Shown here piece after piece: positions 26,023 to 38,906 of a stretch of 64,000 bases of DNA. Position 1 is the first letter of the stretch, and each line of letters opens with the position of its first letter. A program made the translations under genes and the position numbers. The stretch is taken from NCBI RefSeq assembly GCF_009834535.1, contig NC_045697.1, forward strand, positions 80,602,001-80,666,000. The letters are read 5' to 3'. Source of the stretch: Camelus ferus (taxonomy: Eukaryota). The notes under the pieces were generated by a model. That model did not search any database. It saw nothing but the letters and a program-made list of their open reading frames with translations, and was not told the DNA's origin.

Positions 26023-26576
26023 TGAGGTGGAAAGCTGCATAAAAAGACCGGCAGGACCCCCAGGCAGGGCCACTACTCTCCTGTCAGCACCATCCAGTTC
26101 CCTGACCTGGAAGCTCTATCTCACTTTTTGCCTCTGAAACAGCTTACTTACACTTAAAATTCTATTGGTTCTCTGAGCTCACTTCTGATTGGTTATTTCC
26201 TTCACTACTGATAGGTCCATTTCCCTAACTTCTGATTGGTCCATTTGTAGTACTTTATTTGCATGGAGCTCACTCCTGATTGGTTATTTCTCTCCCTCCT
26301 GATTGATCCATTTCTACAAAGCTTGTTCCTAATTAGTCAACTTTTGTTATACCTTATTTGCATATGATGTTGCAAAGTATAAACTGGCAGCCTATAAAAG
26401 CCTGTGTAAAGCTACACACAGGGTCCAGAGCTTGGAGTGTTAACTCCTCTGTGCCTGTTGGTGTAATAAACCTGAGTTCTCCAACTCTCTGAGTGCTGCT
26501 TGGTCTCTCACCCGGATCCAGGTTGCTGTCACAGCTGAGCTGTAACACCGAGCTGTAACGCATTTTTTCTGCAACA
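26023..26576 (+). mobile_element. Class I (ERV1-type) solo LTR, 554 bp, well preserved
   Basis: TG...CA termini and a perfect 4-bp TSD CTGG (26019-26022 / 26577-26580). Repeated CTGATTGG boxes in U3, TATAAAA at 26393, AATAAA at 26465. Confidence 0.9.
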
Positions 26577-28254
26577 CTGGGATCTTTGATATTGTTTCTT
26601 AGCTTTGAAAAATGCCTCTATGAACTCCACCCTCCGTCCCCCTGCCCTTTGAATGTGAGAGATTGATTGGGAAGTTTTGGGGGCTGCCAAGTTCCATCAA
26701 ATGTGTGGCTGAAAAAAATTGCTTTTGTCTTTCACAGGCACACTGAGATAATTCTTATATTCACTAATTTGCTCTTTTATCTCCCCTCAACAAATATTGA
26801 GGTTATACGTTGCAACAAACACTAGAATAAAGAGTAGTGAAGTTTTGACCATTTAGCCAAGTCTACTTTCACAGTTGGCAATATGGCTGCAGAATGCAAT
26901 GGCACATTGGCTTACAGGACAGTGTCTGTGGTTGAGAGCTAACTCACCTGAGAGGACTGTGTTACCTTCCCAGAAAGGATGGGTTGAAGAATTAATGTGC
27001 AGTTTAGCTGGCTGAGCAGAGATTCTTTCATCTTTAGGAATATGGAACCCAAATTGAAAAATAACCCTGCCAACCCTACCCTTCCATCCCCCTGTGGAAA
27101 ACTAAAATGAAACCCTGCTCAAATCAGCTTAAACAGAACGTATTTAACGTATGTATTTGTTTTTCTATTGCACAGTTAGTCAAACAAGTTGTTGATAGCT
27201 GTGCCCCAAGAAACAAGATTAGGAATGCCACCCCTAACTAAAGATGAAAGCTGGAAGGCTGTTTGGGTGGCTGGTGGGAGAGTTTCTCCTTCCTGCTGAA
27301 GGTGAACACCAGTATCATAACCAGATTGTACAGAATGCTTGAGAGAGGGAAAGGGCTTAAGGAGCACTTCTCCACAGTCTACAGGTCTAGAGAGTGAAGG
27401 GTTGCTGGTGTTAAAGCAGGAAGTGAAAACAAAAGAGAAAAGAATGTAAAGATCTCAATAATATGAAAGGAATACACATCTGGCAATAGGAGACAGTGAG
27501 AGAAGGGGAGGGAGGGAGGGAAAGAGGAGAGGAGGAGACAGAAAGAGAGAATATGAGAGAGAAAATAAATTGACAGAGATAGAAATAAAAGCCATTCTGG
27601 ACCACTGGAGGCATTCTTTGAAGGGTCTCTCTCTCTCTTTTTTGAGAACTCCCAAACAAAAGGAAGCATCCCCAACTCTGAAAGATGCAAGGAAATCTGC
27701 TACTGGTCCTGCGAGGAGACAAAGACTTATGATAGCTGGTGATATTGAATGTAGCCTCTTTGGGAAGTTGGATGCCACTTCTTCAGTCATGTCTTTGAGA
27801 GGTGGGAACAGGACCATGGAAAAATGGCAGAATCAGAACCAGAAGTATACAAGCTCTGCTTTAGTAGTTTCTAGATAAGACCCTGAACAATGTGCTTAGC
27901 TTGTCCTTTATAAAGTTATTGTGAAGATTATATGAAAGAATTGGCATATCACAGGGGCTTCAAAGTGTGATTACCATGTTAACGTGTTATTTATATCCTC
28001 CTAAGGTTTTTCAAAGTTCAGGTGGAGATATATACAGTTGATGTGGGGATGAATGATACTGTCAAGAGAAAACATGGAGATATATTTAGGGTATATAATT
28101 TTCTTGTGTTTGGAGTCATAGCTGGAGTTTGTACTGCTTCTTCCTACTGACAGGTGAATCTTTCAGAGAACAAATAAAAATTGAAAGTTCTGTTATGCAT
28201 GTAATATAAGTGAGTAATATTTTGCTGATGTACTCTTGGCCTTTAGGTGTGGAG

Positions 28255-28354
28255 TTAAGGACACAGTGCAATCCAGAAAGGGTGCAATTCATTCAAGGGT
28301 GTGAATGCCAGCAGGTAGGGGTCATTGGGGGTCATCTTAGAGGCTGCCTTCCAC
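28255..28354 (-). mobile_element. MLT1 (J/K-like) LTR end fragment
   Basis: CAAGGGTGTGAATGCCAGCAGGTAGGGGTCATTGGGGGTCATCTTAGAGGCTGCCTTCCACA. Confidence 0.7.
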
Positions 28355-29129
28355 AGTAACTGAATTCCTACTTCTAACATGTTTATGTAGATAGTTGGAA
28401 TTACTGTCATTTTCTGGAAGGACCCTGTGTTATCTCTGCAAATGTAGTGTTGTCTTGAGCTAATTATGATTGACATTTGCTGAAATGTATGCACTATTTA
28501 ATACATTTGTAGACTTGACTGTAAAATTTACTCTTACTGACCTTTTATTTTTTGTGTATTTACTGCCTTTCTGCATTTTTGATGGCATTCTGTTTTTACC
28601 CGTTCTTGGTTATCACTGTTCCACCCTCCCCTGATGGAAGAGAGAACTGTAAAAGTGTTTGAGAGCAACAGGCAGAGGAACTGTTTAGGGAATTAGATGC
28701 TATATTCAGTTTAGGGCCAAGAACAATAAACTATGTTGACAGTTTGAACCCCAAAGATCTTTTCCTCTACACTTTGAAAATATACTTAGTCAAGATTAGG
28801 ATAAAGGTTTTTTTCCCCAGTTCTAAAAGTTTATGATTATAATCAGGCCTTAAATGGAACAAGGACATTCAGTTTTCTAGTTTCTCCTATAGATAAGGTT
28901 TAAAGGAGAAGGAATAAAATCAGAGTATATGGCTGGAAGGGTCTTAGAGATGATTTACTCACTCTTTCATTTTAGAGATACAGAAAGTGAGCCCCTACAA
29001 GCCTCAGTTTGAAAGCTATGGTTCAAAGATACCTCAAATATAGTCATCTAAATCCAGACTCATAACTTTTCCTGCAAATATTATCCATTTCAGGCTGTGG
29101 TAATATGCAAGCCCCAAACCTGTAAGTCC

Positions 29130-29860
29130 CTGTTGGTGCTCTCATCTACTACATCCAATCCATCATAAAGTTCTATTCATTTTACTCTTAAAGTAAAGAA
29201 AGAATATTTGAATCCACTTACTTTATTTTCTTTCTGTTAAACACCTCTCTGGTCCAAATGACCATAATTTATCTTCTGGATTCTTATAAAAGTCTCTTCC
29301 CTGATTTTGCTCTTGCACCTTTCTAACCCATTCTCCACAGAGTAGGCACAGTAATTTGTTTAAATGCAAGTCTGATGACACCAATTCCATTTCTTTGCAT
29401 TGCTGTTAACATTGAGACCAAAATTGCTAACAAGTCCTCCTAGATCTTGCAAGATCTGGCCTCTCCTATCACATCTGGATCCTCTCTTTTGCTTACCTAG
29501 GGGCCTAAAGTTCCTTTTTAAACTACTCTGCTACTTCAGGGCCTTCCCTTAAAGACTTTCCTCTGCCTGGACTGGTGTTCTCTTCTCCCTATGTCCAACC
29601 TCTTCGTATTTTGGGTCAGATATCACCTCCTCTAAGAAGCATTCTTTAACCTTTCTGATGCAGTCAAATTTTCTCTACATTCTAATGCATTTGTCACATT
29701 TTGTAATTATATTTTTATTTGTGTGATTATTTTATTACTTGTCTTCCTCCCCAGACTGTGTCATGAGAGCAGAGAAAATGAATGTTTTGTGTACCATATT
29801 ATTTCAGTATTGGACACAGAATTTGAGATCTAGAAACACTTTTATGGATAGTGTTAGTGA
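29130..29860 (+). mobile_element. LINE-2 3' region
   Basis: CCATTCTCCACAGAGTAG...AATGCAAGTCTGATGAC; ATATCACCTCCTCTAAGAAGCATTC; TTGTCTTCCTCCCCAGACTGTG..CATGAGAGCAGAGA. Confidence 0.75.
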
Positions 29861-31677
29861 GTTGCATTTTAGACTGAGATCCTTTAACTCAGGTCTAGAG
29901 TGATTTCTACCATGTTTTGCTGCCTTTTTCTCATTTTTTCAATAAATAATTCCATTTTTAATTGAAAGTGAAAGAAGCATAGGAATTTTAACTTCATAGT
30001 CAATTTTAAAAATGGGATATGAATAATCAGTGAAATTAAAAAATGAGCTCAATTGTTCATAATGGAATTGTGTAAATGGAAAAACTAAGCACACACAAGT
30101 CTCAGTGTTAAAAAATACAGAGACATAGGGGCAACAGGGAAAAATGAATGCTTTTACCATTATCATAAAAAATAAAAGCAGGGACTGCACATTTATGTTA
30201 TAAGTTGGCCCAGTGTAGAGAGTAAGTTAGACGGACAGGAGCAGAAAAAAAAGCCTCTGTCACACTACCATTGCTAGCATACCTGAGAGAGATGGGCAAA
30301 GCCATGGCTTCTTTTTAAGCTCTAAAATATGATTTCACAGGCATCACTTTTCTCTAGATGTCTTTAAAAACTGTAGAAAAACTGATCCTGTTGATATTTG
30401 GTTATGGCACCCCCTCTCCCCACCCTCTAGAAAGATTAGCATAAAGTAAGGGAAAACACTTTCAATGACCTGCTCACCAAGTTAGATTATTAGAGTCAGC
30501 CTTTGGCCACAGAATGATTCCCTGTGATTCATACTGGGCTCTGCGTAAATATTCTAAAATTTTGGCAGCAGCTTTTTAAAGTCACAATATTTTTTTTCCA
30601 AACAATGAGATCTACCTTGAAAGTTATGAGTGAGGTGTTTGGAATTCTGCTGTTCCCTGTGGAAGAAGCAAATTGAAGACTGCCAAAAAAACACCGAACA
30701 CCTGGAAAGGATGGGCTTTAAGCCCTCTCTTGGGAAATGATCATGCATCCCACACCTGGGTGGAGGTATGTGTTCTAACATCCGGAGTAGAACTGTGTTA
30801 CTTTAAAATGACAAATGAAAGACTTGTCTAGACCATATCTGACTGTGTAATTATTATTACGATCACTCTAACAAGAAATTGCTGTCGCACAAGTATTCAC
30901 AGGTACAATTCAATACTTTCTGGATTCTATACAAAAGTAAAGTAATAAAAATAATTTTGAAAGCACTTATATTTGGAAAAAGGAAAAATTAAGGTCTAGA
31001 GAGAAAAGAGGAAAGAAAAAGACAGATTTTATATCTTTTTTACTTCATATAAAAATCTTTGCTATTTATGTATGATAGGTGAAAAATTTCTAAGTAATGA
31101 TTCATGTGAAAATCTGTTAATTTCTAATGAAAATGCCTAACTTGGATTTGATCCTAAATGCATATTCACATTGTATTTTGTTGTTTAATCTCAAGGAAGC
31201 AGAATATATTAAATGGGGAATTATATTTTAATTTAAAATATCAGTATTTGGGGAATTTTCCCTTGCTGCTTATTTTATAGTACATGAAAACCCTTCAAGA
31301 AATAGTTTACTTGTGATATATGAACTGCAAATTTAAGTGGTGTTGTTGAAATATAAGGCAGTCATGTTCATGGCAAGTTATTTGCATTTTAGGGGCTTCA
31401 ATTTCTTAATCTATAAAATAAGGATAATAATTCATTTCTCATAGGATTACTGTGAAGAATAAAAGTGTATATATATATGTATACATATATATGCCTATTT
31501 TAACCACTTTACATGACTTAGTATTAAAATAAGCAGCAAAATTAAACTATTAAAAAAACTAAAGAACTAAGAAATTATACACACTCCAAATATACACATA
31601 TACACAGAAAGCAACTCACTGTCCAGACCTCCTTACATTTTTGTTAGAGGAGAAATAAACATATTTTTGTTTCAGGG

Positions 31678-32980
31678 GTATATTTTTCTGGTTTCCCGCC
31701 TGCCTGATCCTCTTGATTTAGTGACATATTTGACTCCCTCCATTCAAAGTGCTATTCAGAGGCTTTCAAAAGTCTATTTTAGAAATATTATTTTATCAAT
31801 GACCATATAGGTTAAGCAGAAAGAAACAAGAATAAACTTCCCAATGCTGCGGCTAATTTGGCTTGGGTTTCATACGTATCTCAATGGAATGTTTTTCTAC
31901 CTACAGACTCCCTTTCCTAAGGATCTATAAAACAGAATTGGGCATCCTCTGTCCCCACTCCCCCAGCAACAAAAAATGTGGTAAAGCCTGTAGCCTGCAG
32001 GGGAGAAAATACAACAGATAAAATAGTAAATGTACTTTTTATTACTGGAAAACTTCTTTGGTGTAAGAGGGTAATATTGTTTAAGTAAGATAAGGATCTG
32101 ATTATTCTAACTACTGATTTGCAGGTAAACCTTAAGCAAGTCACTAAATACCAATTTTATGACCTATAAAATAATTGATGAGGATCCTGAATTGCCTTAT
32201 TCCAATGTTAAATTATAAATGCAAGATTTATAAAACCATCTATCAAGTTGTTATGAAAAGAGGGCAATCTTTTGACAAGGTATAAAGCTCATAGGATTTA
32301 TCAAAGCAAAACAAATTAGAGGCATTCTCACTTTGCTTAGCTCTCCAAGGCATAAATAGATTAATTGGTTTTTCTTTTATTTCTGAGATTTGTATCTGAT
32401 TGCTTGCTCTAGGCAATATGATTATGAGAGGAGAACTAGAGAATTTCTTATTCTTTTTAAATTCACGTTACTAAATCGCAAGGCTGCAGCTATTTGGTAA
32501 TATGCTCAAAGTTTTAGGACTTCGTGTCATCCTACTTTGTCTAGATTACAAATACATTAGTTGAATAGATAAATGAATAACTGCCAGAAATTCAATACTA
32601 ACTTATAGCCAAATTTCCATCCTTGAAAAAAGATGCCATCTATGTTTAATCTTGAGATCTTCCTCTTGGCCTTTTCTTTAGATTTCACAAGAGGCACAAC
32701 ACCAGACAGCAGGTCAGAATTAAGGATACGTGGTTTCTCTGTTAAAGGAACACAAAAACATAAAGAGAGTAGATATATCTTGCTTTATGGAAATTATCCC
32801 TCCCCAGCATGTGTTATGGATAAAAAGAACAATGAGGTGCATGAATAAACCAGTAGAATATCAGTTTATCTGGCCTAAATCTCATTTGTAATGAGCAGTT
32901 TCCAAAGAGGAGTATGTTTTTCTGGTTTCCCGTCTGCCTGGTCCTCCTGATTTAGTGATGTGTTTGACTACCTCCATTCA
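31678..32980 (+). repeat. Pair of 69-bp direct repeats (31678-31746 and 32912-32980)
   Basis: Ungapped hand alignment gives 61/69 identity at an offset of 1234 bp. Confidence 0.92.
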
Positions 32981-35900
32981 CAACCATTCTGATTCACTTC
33001 CTGACTTTTAAAATTCTTTCCTGGAATAGTGCCTTCTTGGGCTGCCATCTCAGTAGACCTCTCTTCCCTCTTGGGACTTATCCCAAGATCAACTGTATTC
33101 AACTAAGGTCTTTTATGTGAAGAGTTGATCAACCAAGGCCCAGATTCATTTACTTTTAGCTCTACCACCGATAACCAGACAGAAACAACATACCGCTATT
33201 GTTCTTCTTTACTTTGGACTTTAAACATCAGTTTTTATTTTATTGGCTTGTGGATAAAACACAATTGATAGTGTTGACTAAGAGGATCTGTAACAATGGG
33301 AAAGCATTGTAGGAACATTAATTTAGCATCATGAGGCACTTCTGTGCCCAGTGCACAGTCTCATGTCATACATCCTGGGTTTTTTCCCTGTATCTTCTAG
33401 TAAATCCTTAATTGATTCAGAGGGTTACTGGATATCTCCATAACCTCATTTCCATTGCTTGTATAAATGAGGAAAAAATTATGGACACTACCATGTTTGG
33501 TAAAATAGCTTTGTAAATGTTTTGTTCTTATTTTTTTAATTCATCAGTTTGAAGATTTACTCACTATTCCTCTAAAACTTTTGAATGTCAATATATTTGA
33601 TGTAGAGTACAAGTAGCAAAAATAATTGCAACTATCCTATTTATCTCAATCTGCATTAGAAGAATTAATACTTCAATCTGCTAAGCACCTAGAAAGTCTC
33701 AGAGGAAAGAATTAATAATTTTGTTTGCTTCCTGTTTTTAGTTTAAATGGTGAAACAAAAAGTATATTTTCAAGTTATGGAAAACATTCATGGTTATCTT
33801 CTAGTAGAAATATTTATTTTAGAATACTTAGGTTAAAATTTGATATATTTATATGTGCAATACAATTGCATATACTTCTTTTTGTGCTAGTAACTACAGA
33901 GGAGCATGCTTACATCTTATTAATTTCTTCCCAATACATAATGGAAACTTGGCGATGTCCATATGATTTTGACTTCCTGGTCATGGTTTTTGTCCTACAG
34001 AGAAAAAATTCTCATTCCAAGACTAGTAGTGTTAACCAACTGCTATTCAAATGTGAGGTCTGAGTATAAAAACAGAGAAGGGGAGAGAATGAGGTTAGCA
34101 CATAATTCAGAATGTGTAACATATTCTTCATGTAAGTAGACTGGTACATGAAACTCCTCCAAGTAAAATTATGCCTCATGAATCTGTAAGAACACACTAC
34201 AGATTTTAAAAACGATTTCAGTTTCATTTCAAGGGTTGGGGGGTGCTCACAGTAGGCGTTAACAGTAGGCTTGTGGCAACATGTGCAGTAGATAGGCTCC
34301 AAGCCTGGCTTATTGTTGGAATCTCTTAGTGTGGCCCCAGCAATGCTAGAATCAGAAATTCTAGGTATATTCTGAGAACTCTCCTAGTACAGGAGCTATC
34401 ATTGTAATGGGCAGGGAGTAGACGGGAAGTCAGAGAAACCAGGCTCTAAATTTTTCAGGGCTTTTCTCATTGTTAAATAGAGGGAAATGATACCTGTTCT
34501 ACGGAGTGCTCCAATATGAGAGTAAACCATATGCAGAATTCCTGTCAAAAATGGTCACTCAGAGGACAATCACTATGTTTAAAAATTGATAATAAATATT
34601 ATAATGCAAGATGAAGAACTTTAACCAAGAGAACAAGATTTATCAAGTAGGATTTGAGAAGAGTTAAGAAGCTGAGGCTTAAGGAATGTAATAAACAAGA
34701 AAAGTGACGCATGAGGAAGTAGATGAACAATTCAGAGTAATGAGGAAGGCACTAAAGTGGGCAAACATGAATAATAAAGGTCAGAACCATGGAGAAAGTG
34801 AAAACCAAGCTGTCAAATTGTGCTGAAGGATCATAATGGAGAGGGAACCAACCCAGAACTCCAGGAGAAAGTCCCTGAACCCTAGATCAAGAACCAGTGG
34901 AGAGAGCCTGGGCAGCAGAGATCAGAACCCTCCATGCGTGAGAATGTTGCATATAGTCCAGCACTAGGGAGCAGTCTTCCTAGATTTAGAGGGTGGGAGC
35001 AGGGAATGGGGAGCACATAATAATGGATCATGGGTAAGCACAGGCACCACAGTGTCTGAGGTGATGGTACAATTCTCCCCATTTGCTTTTCATTCTATGG
35101 ATGTAAAGAAACTGATCAAAAGACCAAGGCAGTTGAAATTCTTCTCAAATTTGAACTGAATGTGAAGAAATAGATGTATCTTTCATGACAATAACATGAC
35201 ACCATGTTTTTATTAATTAGTGTAGAAGATTTTCTCTCAATGCAAAGGTCAAAAAAATGGGTGGCTTTGGATCTGAGAAAGATAAAGACTTTCCTTGTGA
35301 GGAAAACATAAACTGAGAATTAGAAGTAAAAATAACATCATTTCAGAGTGGAAAGTGATCGGCCAACAGAGTTACTAGTAGATTGCAAGTGAATGCAGTG
35401 ATTGAAAATAGAACAAGCAGAGTATTATTGCTACCTTTATTTGGATGTTGCATTTACTGAAATTTTACTACCTAGTCCAGATAATAGGATTATTACAGAT
35501 TTTACAAAACCTATTTTTGTGTTTTTTCTTCCTATTTGATTTTGGTAAAGACATTCTATTCCTTTGAGGTTCATAAAATTATTCATATGGTTTTAATCCT
35601 ACTATTTAATTGTGTAAGTACCAGAGAGAGCTGAAGATTAATTTCTTGTTTGAATGTTGTTTACTCAAAATGTTTAACAATGTCATTTGAATACTTTGGT
35701 TGGGACATGACCATTTAAAAGCCTTCTTAAAATCTAGGCAATTTTAGACTAAGTCTGACTTTTTCTTAAAACAAATATATTAAATGTTCCCACATTCCAC
35801 TTTAAACATTATTTATATATAATTAAATTAGTCCAGTTTCAATACAGTTGAATAGTTGCTATAACACACAATTTTGTACATTTGCTATAATCAATTAAAA

Positions 35901-38484
35901 TAATTTCAATTTGTAATTTTTTTTTCATATTTTTGAGCCCATGGAAATTTTGAGAGTGTTGAAAATCTGGGAAGTCCAAGATGTACTACTTTTAAAGATT
36001 TATGGAAAAACAACTAGCCTAGGAGTAGGGATTTCTTTACATACGTAAGATAGCCTCTTAGGAAAAACACATCTTAACAGTCATTATAAAAGAGTAGAGA
36101 GAATATTTGTTGATCCATTAAATATCGCATTCTTAAAATAATAGGATATAGTGATTAGTTTGGGGTTGATATATTTATAGTTATGTGGCTTCTTTCCTAA
36201 AGTAGCCTGTAAACTTCTTAAGGCATAACTTTCCTTTTTAGGCCTCATTTTATCCTCAGGATCAGTCCAGTGACTTCTACTTAGCAAGAATTTATAGGTT
36301 AATTATTCCTTCAAATTTAAACACCTTTTTTTTTTCTTTTCTTTTTTTTAACTTTGGCTTAACGTTGTGAGTATAGTTCCTATGTTGGTGTCAACTGGCA
36401 GAAATTGTGAAACATGTTACCAATAAATTGATTGTGCTATATTTAGGGACTTACTGCTGACTTACTATGTTCTAACCAACAGGAAAACATTTTTAAAGGT
36501 TAGCATATGAGTCTTTGTATTAAAAATAACCTTCTCAAAGTTTACGTCTTTGCATATGTTTTTGAGTTGAATGCCAGCAGTGAACTAAATATATAAGTAG
36601 AAAAAGAACATCTGCCATTTTACAGACTAGCTGATAAAATTGTTACAAATTAACTGGTTCCTTTGCTAAGAATTTTCTGGTTAATTTTCTAAGTATGAAG
36701 GAAATTTGTTTCATAAACATAGTAGAATCCAATATATATAATATCTATGCCAGGTCTAATCTCATCTACTTTTCTTTTTCAACTGGAAAATAAGCTGTTT
36801 AAAATCAAATGGTGTTGAAAGGTAAAGTTCACATCTAAGCCTGAGAACTGCCTTAGACTTGTAATTTGGGTGGAGGTACGAAAAAAAAATAGTTCACAGG
36901 AAGTTTTTTGTGAAAAGGCCACAGGGACCACTGATTTCATGGTGCAGGACACATTCAGAAAGTCACTTAAGGCTACAGCATTTCTTTCTTCTTATAGTCA
37001 AATAAAAAGAAACAGTTGATAAAATGGTGGAAGAATGGAATGATGAAGTAGGCATAACTGTCCTAAATTATTATGAAATAGTGGAACTGACTTTCATTTT
37101 GAAATCAAATTTGTTTTTCTCTAATTCTTTTTTTAAATTTTATTTTAAAAGGAGCTGATATTACCTGTTAAAATGTCACTTATTTGGAAAAACATAAAAA
37201 ATATTCCACAAATATTGCCTATATGTACAAGTAAGAGGGATTAATTCAAAATATTATTCTACCATATGGCATTTAGGAGCAAGAGAACAATGAAATCATT
37301 TAGCAGTTTTTGAATTTGTAATAATATCATGTGACAAAAGAAGCAAACATATCTAGCCAGCTTAAATCATTAGAGAATCTTACAACATCATATTCCTAAA
37401 GAAAGAAACATAAACAAATGAAAATTATATAGGACAAAATGTACCATTTTAGTCATAGCTTTCAGTATATTTCCTTAACAAGTTTTGATTACATCTGAAT
37501 GCTTCTAAATAGAAAAAAACAACTCATTAGATTTTTGCCTAAGCATGTGCAAGCAAGTATTTATTCCTTAGAGAAAAGAAAAGGGAATGAAATAAAGAGT
37601 GCAAAGAGAAGCAAGGAGAAAGACATCTGTGTGGTCTGATAGAATAATGTGATACAGAATCCTGTAGGGAGATCCCTGTGGATTTGAGAAAGTGCTGGAA
37701 CCCATGACAAGAGCTTAGTCTAAGTAAAATAAAAACATTTCCAAACATAGAGGCCACAGAGTAGGGTCCCAAAGTATATTTGCTGAACTTAATTGGATGG
37801 CTTATGATATATTTGAAAATCTGGTTCATGTTTAAAAAAAAAAAAAAAGCACTGTTAAAAAAATCTATAGCTGCAGCTCTCCTTCCCCAAAGCTGCTGCC
37901 ATGGAAACCATACTCCACTTTCAAACAGGTATGAGTGTTTGATCTCATGTACTTTGTGATACTCTTCTGGCCATTTTCAAGATGGTGGCTTTTCTTTCCC
38001 AAACATTAAAGCCCAAATCCTAATGCTAGCAGTTCTGTGATGAAGAAACACATGTTCATCAACTACCCAGGATCAAACTTTGAATTCTTATGAGCAGAGG
38101 GGAAAGAATTCAGAAGTAGGAATTAACACATTTTGCCAGGCCAACAATTTATGTTTATTTGTGTGTGAGTGTTCTGCCTGGTTAAAGGGAGCATTATCTC
38201 TAGCTGCAAGTTGGAATTTTTCTAACCCTAGGCTGGAAAGACTGATGATAGGGAAAGTAGGTCCACTTTGGAACTTGTCTTGGTACTTACCTTCCAGAAG
38301 AAACAATTTCAGAGAAGGCATTCTAGTTTCTCTAGTTCTTGTTTAAGACACCTTAATCGAGGTCTTAAAACCTTTTGTGAAATGGAGATGAAACACCTAC
38401 CTTTCAGTATAGGTATGCAGATTACGTAAGATGATGTTTTTAAACAGATAATAAAATAACCATGATAATAACCCTAATAATAAC

Positions 38485-38906
38485 TGTTATGGGCTGAATT
38501 GTGTCCTCTTCAGAATCCATATTTTGAAGCCCTAATTCCTAGTACCTTAGAATCTGGATGTATTTGGAGATAGGGTTTTTAAGGGGTGATTAAATTAAAA
38601 TGAAGTCACTAGGGTGGTCCCTAACTCAATCTGACTGGTGTCCTTATAAGTAGAGTAAATTTGGCACAATAGACACTAAGCATGCTCCAGCACAGAGGAA
38701 AGACCACATGAGGACAGTGAGAGAAGGCAGTCATCTGCAAGCCAAGGAGAGAGGCCTCTGAAGAAACCAAATCCCTGACCTTGAACTTCTGACTGACTCC
38801 TTAATCTTCAACTTCTATCTTCCAGAACTGTGTGAAAATACATTTTTGTTGTTTAAGCCACTCAATCTGTGGTACTTTGTTATTGCAGCCATAGAAAACT
38901 AATACA
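38485..38906 (+). mobile_element. MaLR solo LTR (MLT1B/C-like)
   Basis: Starts TGTTATGGGCTGAATTGTGTCC and ends GCAGCCATAGAAAACTAATACA. Imperfect 5-bp TSD, ATAAC/AAAAC. Confidence 0.9.

Noticed and set aside
26160..26315. Short repeats with spacers, superficially CRISPR-like
   Set aside because: These are LTR U3 CCAAT repeats in a mammalian genome; units and spacers are too short and there are no cas genes.
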